NCBI GenBank assembly: GCA_003344405.1
Contig: NOWV01000143.1
Location: 124,001 to 188,000 of the forward strand
Reading direction: 5' to 3'
Length of the DNA stretch: 64,000 bases
Source of the DNA: Trichoplax sp. H2
Taxonomy: Eukaryota
The notes under the pieces are model-generated. The model was given only the letters and a program-made list of their open reading frames with translations. It was not told the DNA's origin and did not search any database. The position numbers and the translations under genes were made by a program. Below are positions 40,301 to 55,633 of this stretch, piece by piece; the first letter of the stretch is position 1; every line of letters begins with the position of its first letter.

Positions 40301-42593
40301 ATCAAAACTATAGATAGTAAATAGTTTTATGCACGTATATCCTTGTCAACTGCTGCAGGAAGTAATACATTAACAAATCAGAAGAAATAAGACAGCATTG
40401 GTTATCAATATAGTTTACGTCGTTTAATCTAACTGAAATAGGGGATTTTACTAATACTTTCCGTACTGAACTCCTATGCACGGGGCCATATTATTAGAAT
40501 CGTTCAAGTATTGATTGCTACGAAAGGTATAGATTAGTCGGATTGCATTTGTATAGAAGTAGCTATAGACAATCACTATAGTGCCATAGTAGGTGCAGCA
40601 TTGGAGCTGATACCTATGTGTGAATGTGTCAAATTAGTATCCCCCTGTAATCTTTAAAGCAATGTTACTGACAAGGTACATTTAGTTTAAAATATAAAAA
40701 CAGTTTCATCTAGAATGATTAAACCCAACAATAAATGCAAAAAATTACGATTTATTATTGCAAATCAGTTTATTTACTCTTGTAGGTGAATAAAAGATTT
40801 CAATTTTAATGTTTGCGGAGAGGTATACAGCGGTAATTAAACAATGAAATAAATTGAATGTGTTAGTTGAATGGAGTAAAATGTTATCGTAGTTTAGTCA
40901 TGAAATTCAAGCTAACGGACTACCGTACTCTATTATACTCGTCCGTATATTAATTAATACGCGATTTTATTGTTACGTTAATTAATGGCTAGCACTTGAA
41001 TTTATTTGTAATCAATGCCAATAATGGTAGTTGATTATTGAGCGTTTATCTATAGGCAAAATACCGTCATTGACGTCAATATTCAATAAGACGAAAGTTA
41101 TAGAATTGAAATTCTCGTCCAAGTACTTTTCAGTTGATGTTAGATCATACATAATGGGAGTATCGTCTCATTAAACTACAGTGACCGCATCAATCAAGTT
41201 TTTCAATGCTATTAAGCAGAATTTTAAAACCGTTTTATTAAAAATACTTTAATTAATTTTTAGCCCTGAAATGTAATCTATTATAAATTATTAACGTAGT
41301 TAAAAAAGGAAATGACGATAATTACTGAATTGATACTAGCACTTAAATTGCAGATATTATTTTAGAATTAAATATGGTAAAAGGGGAAAATTCTTGGTAT
41401 CGGTGACTGGAGCATCAAAGTTGATTACCAATATTTCTACTGATTAGATATATTAATCCTGAATTCTTTGTCAAGAATGCTTTCGACAGCTTATTTTACA
41501 TAAAATTACGAGAACCATTGTGCTCTTTAATGCGTTACTGCTGTAGTCAGCTATCAGAACTGAACTATTACTTTGTTAACCGGAAAATTAATAAATGATA
41601 GTTCATTAAAATGGCCTTTAAGGTTGGAATTGAATTATATTGCTAAGTATTTCAAACAGAAACTTTGAAAATTAATTTCTATCATAGCTCTATCACATTT
41701 ATCTGATCCTTAAGTGGTGCTAATCAAAGTTAATGCCATTATATAATTCCTATTACAACATTCTCTATAAGTAAAATATTTCAAAATGATTATTGGAATT
41801 ATTTTTAAAGCTGTGAGAAACAAAGGCAAAAGATTAGATGATGATTAAGGGAAAGCTTGCATAATACTTATAATAGCGTCTTTATTTTCTTTTTCCCCTT
41901 CTATTCCGGCTTGATTAACCAGTTTTATTAATTTACTCAATCTTATTATTTAAAATATGCAGGGGCTTAAACAATAAGTGGCACACTCTATAATACTAGA
42001 TCATAACTAGAATATAGTGTATTTATTACGATATTTTTGATTTGAACAAATTAGTTGCAGCAGATAAGGTTCAATAATTATTGTGAAGAGAATGTTTTAT
42101 ATTTCATGTTCACATCAAGAAATACACCAACTCACAATAAGTAAGAAAGGCTTCACTTGCTTCAAAAATGACCAACTATCATTACTAAGCGTAAAATTTC
42201 GGTATATCATTTGTATAAGGACTAAATTTAAGAAAAATACCTTAATTTAGAATTAAATTTCGATTCTTTATTAATTTCAGTGGATTTTGTTATTATGACG
42301 TATTGACAAGATAATTCAATGATTTAATATCAACATTACAAGGCAGGGAATTTAAAGTTGTCAAATTTCTTCTCCTTTTATATTGTGACCATCACAATTT
42401 GTGATCAGATTCTAGTTATAAATATTGGTTCTATTAGGTTTTCTTTATTGTTTTTGAATCGAAAGCATTAGAGTTACACGTATGCGTGAAAGGAATCGGT
42501 TATAGTCTGATTGTCACAGATCCCCACGATATTGAAATAAAACTACCATTTAGAATTTGATTTATCTGGCTAACCACAAATGTTTTCATAGGA

Positions 42594-43977
42594 ATGTCGT
42601 CTCTATCCGATAAAGCAACTAATCTCACAGAAGTTACTGCGACGTTGTCTCCCGTTTTAGCGAATATTTTCTTAATTATATGGGCTCTCTCCTTAATAGC
42701 GTCTTTTATTGGTAGTTTATTAATATTTCAAGTTATCGTGACCAAATATTTTCCTATGATGCCAGCAACAGAAAAAATGATTATTAATTTGTTAGTTGCG
42801 GATTTTTTGTTCGTTTTCTCCTGGTAAGTTATAATTTTATTAATATTACTATATAGAAACATCGATACGAAATTTCAGAAGCAAGTATTTATTGTATAAT
42901 TTCACTATTGTGAATATGAATATAAAATGAAGCAGTTTAAATTTGTGTTAACGGCTAATATAATAGTATAGTGCTTGTGAATATTTATATGTTGTTGCAA
43001 TACTTCTAGTGATCGTCGAAATGTTTTGCTTTCCTTTTCATCCTATTATGATTTGAAAGGATTTTTTAACAAACATTTTTCTGATATCTTAAGAAATTAC
43101 TTCAGTAAAAATTTGAAATTTCACTTATAGTTTATTTTATACTATTACAAATTTTAAAATTTATCACCTCGTATATCTGACTTTATTTCTTTGATTGGAT
43201 AGTGTTGCTTACATGCTGCCCATGGCTATCGAAAATATTCCGAAGCCCGTTTTTAAGGCAAACACATTTTTGTGCCGATTTCATTATTCTCTAATCATGT
43301 TGTCATCATTTGCAAGTGCACTAATCCTGGCGATTATTGCTTACATGCGTTATATCAAGCTAGCAACTCTGAAATTTCAACGTTATTTTACCGTTCACAA
43401 TGTCAGAGTTATTTCCTTTTCCATTTGGTTCATAGCAACTTTAGCTACTCTGCCAGCTTTGTTCAATATTTGGGGTGGCCTTATTTATTATTCTAAATTT
43501 GATGGACTTTGTGCACCATGGTTCGATAGCCCAATGGATTTAAATCATCTTACTTATAATATTCTAATCATGGGCTTTTTTTTCGGTGTCGTAAATGTTT
43601 TAATTTTTTTCTGTTATTACCGCATCTACAAATGCATTCATTTTGCTTTCCGTCGTATCGAAGTTTCTAGAGTAAACAATTCTGATGGGAAGGTGCTAAA
43701 TTACCGAGAATTACCATCATTACGCAAGCGTCATAAGAAAGAGATCAAATTAAATATAATATTATTTATCATTTTTTTGGGCTATGTTCTATCTTATGGA
43801 CCAGCTGCGGTTATTATAACATTTCGAATGATAGGGTTGATTAAAGTAAACTCTGATATTATTGTAGTAATTACAACAATCATGTATTCTAATAGTATGT
43901 TAAATCCGTGGATTATTTTACTAACTAGCCAACACTATCGCCGATTTATTAAGGATAAATATTTTAAGAATCGATAG
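42594..43977 (+). CDS. Class A GPCR, array member 4 (2 exons, ~334 aa, intact)
   Basis: Exon 1 42594-42823 (NLT sequon, TM1, INLLVAD) with a phase-2 donor. Exon 2 43203-43977 (LCRFHY, MRY, WGGLIY..GLC, SYGP, NPWII). 1005 nt in frame. Confidence 0.9.
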
Positions 43978-46900
43978 ACCCTGAAGCAATTCAAATCTAG
44001 TAGTTGAAAAAACGATACGATAAATATGCTTTTAGACTGACAGGAATAATTTAAGCAATTTGTTAATTCCATTTTTCTACGTTACGTCTAGATTCAATAA
44101 GCTGCAAACTGGTTGTGGTGGATAACACATAATGTATTACTGTAAAGGATTGCAATATTTAAATATAGCTTTTTATTAATATTTCATGGTTAATCAATGT
44201 TAATAGCATTACTTACCATGAAATGCTTAAAAATCTGTGACATTAATGCTTCTGAGAAATTATAAGTAGTAATATTTTGATTGAGATTTTCATTTTATCG
44301 AAGAAGTTATCATTTACGCTAAAATTGATATTCATTTTGATGTAAACTGTCATTTATTATGTTAGAGGATGTTAAAAGTTTTACACAGAGAGTTTTTAAA
44401 TTTTATGTTGGTAATTAAAATCTACTGCCAACGTTGAAAATTAAACTAATCGCAAAATAATTATTCTGGTATTTAAGATTCAATTGCAGCTTATTAAACT
44501 ATTTGTCATTGTCTTTTCTCTTCTGGTGTGAGGGTTATTTTTGAACTATGATGCGAATTGTTATATTTGTTGAGATTATTGCTTGGATTGCGGTATTGCA
44601 AGATATTATTTTCTTTTGGCGCAGCAACAACTCCGTAGCAAATAAAAGTTGCTAACAGACTATTAAAATTAGCCTACTATCAGGCATGTCCGCGACGGTT
44701 GTCTCTAGTGGGACTTTAAAAATATTAACTAGATAGTGATGTTCCTTTATCAAGAGGTTACAATAGCTAATACTATCTGAATGCTTACCCAGATCAAAGA
44801 TCGAACTCAAGTTGGTTATTTATAGCAACCGTGCGGCCCTAAAATTCACTTTAGATAAATCTTATAATGCTAATTGGAAACAGTTTAAGTTGTTTATTTG
44901 ATAGCAAGATTGCCTACGTACCTTACAGAATATTTGCGGTACATATTACAACCTTTTTACGGCAATGATGGTTCTTGTGTTAATATTTTAAAGGCGCTTA
45001 TTTGCAATTGTATGGTAGTGTAGACGTCAATTGCCTGCCGCTTAAACAACGTAAATAGATATATTTATCATGCAATTATAGACATTATTACCCAGTTAAT
45101 TCGATATAGGGCCTTTCAATTCCTGAACGATATACACCAAATATGATGAAGCTGTTAATTTGTACGTCGTGAGCACATAATCGGCTTTATAATTAAATGC
45201 ATAAGTGATTAAGGGATCTAAAGCAGTTTTAATTAGATTCTTGAGAATATGCTAAGTATTCGAGCGATTCTTAGCTTCTGGGTCATTGTAACGAAAATAA
45301 CAAGATTTATTACAAGAATAGATATATACGGTATGCCTCGCGGGATAAATAGTATCTAAAGTGTTTTTTATTCCTACTAGCATACGGTAGGCTGTTACTG
45401 TAATTTGTAGGCGGCTATCATTGCGATTTGTTAGGGTTATCAAGCTAAATAAAATATATCATTATTAGTACGTTATACTTGCATTAGATGAGTATTCGAT
45501 AAAACTTCAAAATAGCTTTTATTTTGTTGCATTGATGGCGTCTTTAGTTTGACTACTTTAGCCATTGATAATAATAATGTTGACCATTTTACTTTGGGTA
45601 AGGCCTTTATTTATCAGGCGTAACTGGACTATGGCAATTATAAGATTTAGTGATGCTGATTGATAACGATTGCAATTGTTACGGTGCATCAATATCCCAG
45701 TACACTACATCAATTAGAATAATAGGATATACTTGCCATGTTAGTCAATATTATAGCGCTATTGATTAAGAATTATTTATCACGTAAACAAGTTGAAATT
45801 AACTTCCTCCTTTTGTATCATTGTCTAAAATTTTACTGAAGATGGTAGCCACATAAAAAAAATTCAAGGCTTTACTTATCAGTTAATTATTATGATGTTC
45901 TTAAGATAAATTTTATACAACTGTAGTGCCAAGAAATTTTGGACATGCCATCATCACTGATTTACTCGTGCTTGATGATGTTATTTTCTGAAAGTAATAG
46001 AATATTTAGTATATTAACTTGTCTTAATTTCAGTAGTAAAGTTATACACTACTACAGTTCTATTTCATTTCTTGAATCCCAGGTACTCACTCATAGCATG
46101 GGATTAATTTTAAGGTTTAATTGACATTGTAATGATATGGATAGTAAAATGGATTCGTATACCTATTTTTAATTTTATGACTTTACTTTTGAATAGATTT
46201 TAGCTGCTGTTTGACTCATTATTGGTATGATGTTTGCTATTTGCTATAACTGTCTCTGTTCTTATTTCATAAAACTTTCAGAGATGGTCATAAAATTAAA
46301 AATCAACCTACTAATTCTTACTTTTCTTAAGAATTATGTTTAAAGTTTTCAAATCAAGATATTAAATAGCAATTAAGCTGATTGTATTTAAAATTTTCAA
46401 ATAAAGATATAAAAATAACAACTAAGCTGGTTGTATTTAATAATCTTGATTAGGATAAAAATATCACTTGATGGTGAAGAAATTGATTCATGAAAAAATA
46501 TCTTGAAAGAGTTACTTGAACAGATTGTTACCATCATGGAATACAATGCAAGAATATTACTTACTGTGGCAGTAGATTTTATTGATAGTCGAATAATAAT
46601 GTTGATACCTTTATAAACAGTAAAGGGAACTCTACTGTTCTACATAATATGAATACATAGGAGTCAACTTTAGATGTTGCTGCAATCTTTCCGCTTTTTG
46701 CTGCACGAATAAAGCCAATCCATGGACTATTATAATACAGTCTTTATTTGAACTTTCTAGTATAATTGATTATTCAATTCTAGCAGTGCTAATCTTTAAG
46801 AATAGCATAAATATAGCCCTATTCATTTTGGTAAATAAATGTTGTCTACAACCTATAAAGGGTCTAAATCAATGCATTTGAAAGATTCTATAGAAGATAT

Positions 46901-47305
46901 TTATGGGATATTCTTTTATCAGCTTAGATTCAAACCATAACTGATATTTTTTAATCGTCTATATGATGAACCGAATTAGACATTAAAGATAATCGAAGCG
47001 CTGCAGGACTTAAAGGCATTAATTAAACTAAAACTGTGTTGGTTATTAAGTACTCTGGAGAATAATTTAATATACAGAATTATTGTTTCAGTATAGCGTT
47101 ATTTTTTTAATACCACAGAAACCTCTTGTCTAAGTCTACTTGTAAATATCCCATGAGGTATTTCTTGGTATTTTTTCAAGCTATTTTATAGAATATATCA
47201 ATATACCTGATGAAAACCATTACTTACTACGACATGTATAGATGAACAGCTTGGGGAGTAGTAAGAGCATAAGAGGATAAGAGTGTTAAATTATATGCTA
47301 TCAAT

Positions 47306-49503
47306 ATGATAAATAGTACATTTCCTTGCCCCATCCATACCGAATGGAACATAACTGTATTTTCTTACAGTGTTAGAATTATTTTTCCTATCATATGGGC
47401 TATTTCGCTGTTACTCTCATCCATTGGTAGTGGACTGATTCTTAATATTATTTTTGGACGTTTTAAAAGGTTACCTCCAACAGAAGTATTGCTCATTAAT
47501 TTGGCTTTGGTAGATTTTTTTTTCGTTCTTTCAAGGTATGTAAACTTCGACTTCAAACTTCTCGATTGTCATATATGTTAAGCTATTAAACGTTCTTTTT
47601 TCCTACCGAATTATAAGCATGTATTACTTCCACAGCTTAATTTATTACTGGCAAAAGCATTGATATAAGATTTGATTATTGAAATAAATAAGTTAATCTA
47701 GTGCATTTGTTGTCACCACAGTAATAGCACTCAACATACATTAGCTATTCAGTAACATGTTAGCATACTTGAAGTTATCGCAATCTGCAGTAAAATTAAA
47801 GTATATTTCCTACAGGATTCGATTTTAACATTGACTGTGAAATATTGCTATAATTTTGTAACATACTTTTATTCAACAAATAACCGGTTTTCTTAGTTAT
47901 TAGCTACATTTAGACGAGGTAAAAACTAGATTTTGAACTTCACGTTACAGATCGATTTCAAAGCTCAGCAATATTTATTTTGAATTTATTAATTTCTTGC
48001 CCAAATGAATCCACGTTAAAATTTTTAGCATTAATACATAGTGGTACTATTAAATAAATTATTAGTTATAGCGTTTCATCTTGAAAGAGTACCTTGCATT
48101 TCTAATATAAATTTGATCAAGTTGCGGCATTGACTTGTTCTGAAATGTTGCCGTTTCAAAGAAAGTTAAATGCTAAATGTTACAAAAATCAGTTAGACGT
48201 ACTTTTGCTATTAGTTTCTAGCTGTTATTAATCTATGTCTAGCAATTGTGATCCAGTTCTAACTAACTATTTATCGTATGAAATTAATAATTAACTAATT
48301 AACTTAATATGAAAATGCTCAATCTAATAGATTTATTCTTAGTAGTAATCGTGAAGTCGACTAAACAATTTTTGTGCCTAATTTTAATTTTCTTTATTTT
48401 ACAAACAAATATGCATAAAAAAATGCTAGTATGTAGTAGTTTTGTCGTGAATGAATTAAAATTGATTAGGGAAAATGTAGGTTTTGTTAAAAATTGCTCA
48501 TACGAGCAAATTAGGAAGAGATAGAAATATTGATTTTTTAAATTTTGTATTGCTAATTAAATACGAATATGCTGTGATATGATTTGATTTTTAAACTGAT
48601 TTGTAGCCATGTACACATTAACTTTATTGCCTAGCAATAATTTTCTATTCTGTTATCTCATTGTTTAGTATCGTTTATATGATCCCGATGGTGGTATATG
48701 AAAGTCCAACATCGCAACCATTGTTTCCTGAAAATACTTGGCAGTGTCGGCTTTTTTACGCTCCAGTTATGATCACTTCCTACGGTAGCTGTTTGACGTT
48801 GGCGGCTTTAGCAATGATTCGTTATATTAAGATAGAGCATGATCATGTATTTCTTCGTTACATTAATCGCTCTAGCATGATTGCTGTTTCGATCGGTATA
48901 TGGACATTTTCCACATTGTGTAGCCTCTTTCCGATCTATGGTTTCTGGGGTAAACTAAAGTACAGCTCATTATCAGGCCTATGCTCACCTAATTTTGGTC
49001 CAATTTTAAGCCCTAGCCAAATTACGTACAACATCTTTATTGTTGGTTTATTCTACTGCGTTTTCAATTCTACTTGTGGTTGGTGTTATTTTAAGATATA
49101 TAAAATACTGTCCGCTGCAGGAATTAGAAAACAATATCATGATTTTTGTAAAAATCACTCTAAAGATAACAGTAGAATAAATCATCGCAGAAATTATGTC
49201 TGGCTAAGGCGAGAGAAAAATATCGCATTTACTTTATTTATCATCTTTATAGGTAATTTAGCTACTTATGGCCCTGCGGCAATAGTTATGTTCCTACAAA
49301 TGATAAATGAACTTCAATCTTCTGCTATTCTTTCTTGCATCTTATTAACTGTAATGTATACTAACAGTGTGATCAATCCGTACATATTAATAGGAAGCAG
49401 TAGCAATTACCGACGTTACTTAATTAAAAGATGGCGTCGATGTTTACTTTGGTGCTGTTGTGTGACTACCAATAGAGTTATTGCCGTAAAAGCAATGCAG
49501 TAA
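47306..49503 (+). CDS. Class A GPCR, array member 5 (2 exons, ~354 aa, intact)
   Basis: Exon 1 47306-47535 (NST and NIT sequons, PPTEVLLINLALVD) with a phase-2 donor. Exon 2 48669-49503 (QCRLFY, IRY, GFWGKLKY..GLC, TYGP, NPYIL, C-terminal CLLWCCC). 1065 nt in frame. Confidence 0.9.
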
Positions 49504-52500
49504 TTTTACAGTATTTTCTTAGAAATATTACAGTTAATTATTTCTTTGGCTTTCTAAACCTTAATACATTTATACTATTTTTATACTCTCTATTTAAAAC
49601 TAATATATAATATATACGATAATAGTAATCAATTACGTAATCGAATTATTTAAAAAATATTGATTAGGTGGAGGAAGATTAGCAATCAGTTTTGTGCAAC
49701 ATCCTGATCGAATATCGTCTAATATTGAGTAACATTCCTTATGTACACCATAACATGGTTATTGTTAATCGCATTTATAGAATTTGCTGATGATGATCTA
49801 ATCTGTGATGCGACATATAGTTGTAATCGCCACTGTATGTCGCGATACGTAGTACCTGGTATAATATTATGAATGAGTATAAAATATTATATACTGTGTA
49901 ATGGATTCTCACGTAAATTGTTAGTTGTTAGTTGATATTAACTTAGAATTTATGAAAACTTAAAATCTTTATAATAAGTATAGTAAACCCTATTAAAGAT
50001 GTTTCATAGTTTTCCATATAAAGAAAGTTGAATCAGATTGCATTCTGAATGGCTATTTTTATCTAGAATATGTCAAATCTTTATTATCGGAAGTGTATAT
50101 TGATGGATGACCATATAAAAGAGTTAGTTAATAATAAAGCTAGACTTTTTTAAGCTAGGAACTAAAATTTTGTTACGATTGATGAGATCAATAATGCAGA
50201 ATTTACAATTTTATCCAAATATTGTTAAACAAGATTACGTAGCAGTACTGTAAGTTCATTGACTACTCTATCCATAAAATGGAGGTTTCATAGTGTAATG
50301 AAAATATGTAGTCTATATGAACTCCTAATGATAGGAATTCATCAGTATGTAATGCTTTAAAGCACCTATTAAAGGCAGATTTGGAGCCAGACAAGAAGGA
50401 ATGAAAAGCATTTGCGTAAATCATTGAACCCTGAATGAAACTATTATAAAGATATGTAATAAAATCAAAGTACGTGATTGCTGGTAAGATCATTTCCAAC
50501 GGTTGGCTAGCCGATGACTTAAGCAATGAGATATAAATAAATAAGTTTTAGCTTATATTTATTAATTACAACTTATGAGCGATAAAATAATTATATCTTT
50601 ATTAAAGTATTTTAAGCTCCATTTTCATACTGAACTAAAGAGCACGATGATAAATAGTAATCTAGAAAAGGAAATTGAATGGCAACGCTTTTTTAAATTT
50701 AGATTTATATCTTAGCAGCTATGTTAGATGTAATTTTAATATTCGACATTGAGAAAGATCAAAATGATACTATTTCCTTAATTACCCGGTCAAAAATAAA
50801 AACTTTTCTTTTAAAGTAACTATATACTTAATTACGATCGTTACCAATCAGCTCATTTAACAGATATTAATAATCTAATATTCGTAACCAGACGTTGGCA
50901 TCATTCGTTCTTCTAAGTAGAATTAAATATTACTAAAAAGGATAATATCATGCTTAAATGATTAAAGATTTTGAAATTAGCTTTATTGGATGGCTAAATA
51001 TCAATTAAATCTATTTTTACAATCATCGCTTCATTGGCATTTAAACGGAGTAATTATTGCTATCATGCCGTGTCACAAAATAGCTTTGCAACAAGATAAC
51101 GTAATGTACGATCAATAAGTCAATTCCTTGAACCACGCATCAAGAACGATATCTGCACTATCAGAAACACTTTTGCTCTGCTAGCAGATGTTAAGCTTTC
51201 TAGTTTATCGTAACAATAATTCAATAGTCCAGTAGGGCTTGAGTACTGAACAATCACGAGTCCAATAGAGCTTAAGTACCGCGCTAACTTTATTATGCAT
51301 TAGGAGCCGTTATATATAGAGACAATTACCAGTAATGTGCAATAACGGACATACCATGAATGTTAACGACAATCTTATCTTATTCATAATAAGATAACAA
51401 CTTATTTTCTTAGATATGCTATCTAGGACTTAATCGTCATCATTACAGAACAACTGCAGAAATATACTGTAATAAACAGGCTTATTCAATACGATAGATC
51501 TTAGCGATACTATGTCTACAACATCTATATTATTTCGTAACAGCAGACCACACAAAGACTTAAACGCCTCGTATTTTACGTTAAACACTAAGTTTGAGAA
51601 TCCACTTTATTACACGATATACTGCATTTATATACTCTTCCTCAATAGTTCATGAGTCATAGTTAGTACGATTAAGTTTGGAATCATTTACTAAATTAGA
51701 TATTAATTTTAGCTACTGCTCCCTTAATGCAGACAACAGTATTTACGAACATAGACATCTGATGAGTAATACAGAATAGTCGGATTACGATTTGTCCTAT
51801 CACGGAACATTTCCACGATAATTTACAATGTACCATAAGTAAGTTACAACCACAATGATTCGAACTGTAAGTAGATGATTTACATTCCCTATTATAACTA
51901 TTAATTCAGTATGTGTACATGTGTCTCTGTCATAAAAAGTCAGTGCTATATTAAAATACAGTATATCCAAATCAGAAGTTAACTAAATAAGGAGAGGCTA
52001 ACAGAATTTTCCTAACATAGATATTTCTACTCTAATACAGTATATAACACTGTCACATACCGCTACGTGGCTAGATTCTGCTGAAACATTGGTATGAGGT
52101 TAGACTTCTAGTCTATAAATGTAGCCAACTGAAAATGAGCTTTTGATGAAAGTAAGAATAGAATAATGTATCGTTTATTAGCGTATGGAAGATCAATGTC
52201 AATCGTAATTAAAACTGCTGCTACAAATTTTTTTTAATAGAAATTGATCGACCGTTTGCTAGATTTTAATCTGCATGAAGGATATTTAATTTAGTATCAA
52301 AGACTATTCATTCATTTTTGGCTTTCTTTACTCGATCAGAACTATCCACGGAGATGTTTTTGAAAACATAAAATGACTAGACAATAGCTTCCGACAACCA
52401 CACCTACGTTATTGTAACGGACATCTTGGTAATTGGGTGCGAATGGCGTTTATTATACTACTATTGTTGCTTACAATTTATAGTGTACTTAAGTTCAATA

Positions 52501-55500
52501 AATCTTTGAAAGCTACTCTCTATAAAATCAACACTTTAAAATGTTATTTTTCATACGGGTACTAGGTAGTACTTTTATATTTTTTAATTAAATGGCCAGT
52601 AACTTTATTTTTATTATGATAATATATCGGAGCATTACTATAATATATTCTATTCAGTTATGATGTATAGAGCTATAATTTCATTCGAATGCCTTAACTT
52701 TGGCTTGTCCACTAGGAAAGCCCCTGCTAGAATTATCTAGGAAGAGATAGGGCATCTCACATATTCTAATGACAGACTACGATTTAAAATTATCCAGTAA
52801 TGATCATCGATTCAAAATAACAGTTGTAATACTATAAGATTTAATGACATTAATTTCTGTATTTATTCCATTATTGCAGCAATAGCTTTGTTCCATTAAA
52901 TCTTGTAGAAAATGCAAATCTGATTGTCGATATTATCAATGATTGATAAAATGTGATTTCATTTTTTTGTATGCTAACTTATTTTTTCAATTTTAATGAA
53001 GATTTTACAACTTTGGTATATTGTTCTACCGGTAATTGATAGCAGACATGATCGAATGGTGGTACCATAACGTTTGATAATTATTAATTGAACCTACTGT
53101 AATTTGTAATAGCATTATATTAAGTTTAATTAATAATTGACAAACGCAATAGTTCGATCATATTATAGTAAATTGTACGTGTATGTGAGGCCATTGCTAC
53201 TACTTTAATAAGATAATTTAGATTAATTGGTCACAGTCCGAACCGCTATGAATAAAATTCTGATTAATTAAGGGCTATTCACTACGGCATGCTGTAAAAG
53301 GCTTTAGAAATAGAAATATTTTAATTTGATGTTTAAAATTATTTATCATAAGCTGGTGTTGCCACGTGCTACTTCTTGAATGAATTAATTGGACTAATAT
53401 CAAGAGCTTTCTTTGAGCTGCTTCCACAGATTTCTGCACTAACCTATGGCAAGGGCTAGTAAGAAGACAATTAGTCTTACTACTATAACATCGAAGTACT
53501 GTCCTTCGAAAGGTTCAATTCGGTACCGGTAGTTGCAAAGTATGATAATAAAATGAACAACATATACTGTAGGTAGTAACGCTTGCATTTTAACTCAAAT
53601 CAGCTGGTATAAACCCATAAATATAGCTACAAATTAATAATTTTCTAGCAGCAAAATATGAAATTAAAAAATTATAATTATTTCAATTATATATTTGAAC
53701 CAATTAGCATCATAAATACTGTATTACTGTAATTAGATATGAGGATAGATTAATTTATGAACTCTGATCTTACCTAAATTATATAAAAAGCCTTATTGAC
53801 TGGTAGTAGTATCATGTCACAAGTAATGTTCATAAATTACATTTTTCCGACGAAGCACAAGTTATATTGGAATGCTATAGCGTATTAATTCGTAAACTAG
53901 TAGGTGAGATACTTGTATGGTTTTTCTTATTCAATAGAATTCAAACACTATAACAATCGAGATTTCTTCAAAGTCTATAATAATAGGAACGGTATGCCGA
54001 AGTATTCCTCTATAAATAGTAATTTGCTTATAATACGTAAATTCAAAGTTTTGAATTTAAATGAAAATTTCTGTTCCTGTCGTTTTCAGCTACTATTAGA
54101 AGAGAATATGATTTGGGCAGCTAGTAAAATGAATCAATTCCTTAATTTTTTAGTTAATTTAAAATAAAAGTTTTCTGGGCTATTGTACGATTTACAAGTT
54201 ATAGATTTTAAGCTGAGTAAATATATAGAGTATTTCGTGGTAATTCTAATTGCAATCTATAACGTTAGAAAATAATTCGGAAATATGATAATATGGGCTT
54301 GTCACGGTAACAAATTACCGTAAGTGGTTATTTCATGCAAATATGTAGATTTACGCTTTATTAGGGGATGGCGACTGTCATCAACGTTCTTATGTTATTC
54401 TATTACTGAATATAGTGTAAATACGAGCATTAGGAACAAGATTGGTCAAACTAATGTTTACGTTATAAAGCTGTAATCTAAATAATTATTCAGTTAAGAT
54501 GGAAATTTTAAAATTTAGCGGTAGCCTTTAAATATAACTGTTGGGAATTGGTTTAACTGATACTGTTGCCATCTGCCGATGTATTATAAACCTGATTGGT
54601 AAACTTGCATATGCTAATGTATACAGATTTTGGATATTCTAAATTTAAATTTCATACTAAATAAGTTCGATAAGAAGTAATGAAAATCGGGGATATTTCG
54701 TATATTAGTGCTGTATTCAACACTACAGTAAGATAAGAGAAGTCTTAAACGGAAACATTTTGGTAGAAATATTACCTATGAATGGTCACATTGTAAATCT
54801 AAAAGGGGTTGAACAGTTTAACTATTTACGCCATTAAATTATCTGTTTAAGCAGTTACCGATTAATAAATTTGATTTAAGATTTCATTTTAAGTTGAATA
54901 CTTAACTTGTTATCTAGAATAGTCGATTATAGCTCTGACTACGGAAAACAGTTTCAGTACAGTAGATCGCCTTGTGATATAACAGTATATAGTAATTTCA
55001 ATTAGTTGGTAGTGACAATAAATAGCCGAAATTATTTTCTCAACCCGTATTGCTAGTCTTATAGTAAATGGAGGTCTGTAGCAGGGCTATACATCAGTAT
55101 ATATAGATATGACCGGTAGTTAATCAGTTAGAGCTATTGTCGTTATTTCTAATTTAGATTTCTGCGTGATCTAATGGGATATTTCATGCTAAAATCAGTT
55201 AAGAGAACGTAAATTTATCGTAATTATATAAGTCGATCTTTAACCGAAGTGCCTTGAGATATTAGTAAATACTGTAATTCATTCAGTAGATCTAGATACT
55301 TGCTGATCCATACATTTACTAACTACAAGCTACGTACTACAGGCTTAAGAATTATACCAATAGTATAAGTTATACTTTTGATAATGAACTTGTACAATTT
55401 GCAGCATTTTAAAATGATGAATATGTTACGATTTCTAAATATTAAAAGGTTGCACTAAGTAATTTAGTGGTACAAAGAATCCACTTCAACGCTTCAAATT

Positions 55501-55633
55501 AAATGCTATGATTGAGAACAGATCGTGAGAAAGTAAAATTTAGTTTGATCTTGCGGCTTGATTGCAAGATATGATTAGTAATAGTAGATGAGCCAAAATT
55601 TTTTTATAGTAAGCCAAGTTTTACTAAAAGTAC

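Noticed and set aside
19921-49503. Array receptors as true opsins
   Set aside because: The position equivalent to rhodopsin K296 (six residues before the TM7 NP) is F, C or Y, never Lys.
50263-54167. ORFs 50263-50526 (-) and 53904-54167 (+)
   Set aside because: Non-ATG starts, no recognisable domain, and no supporting exon context.
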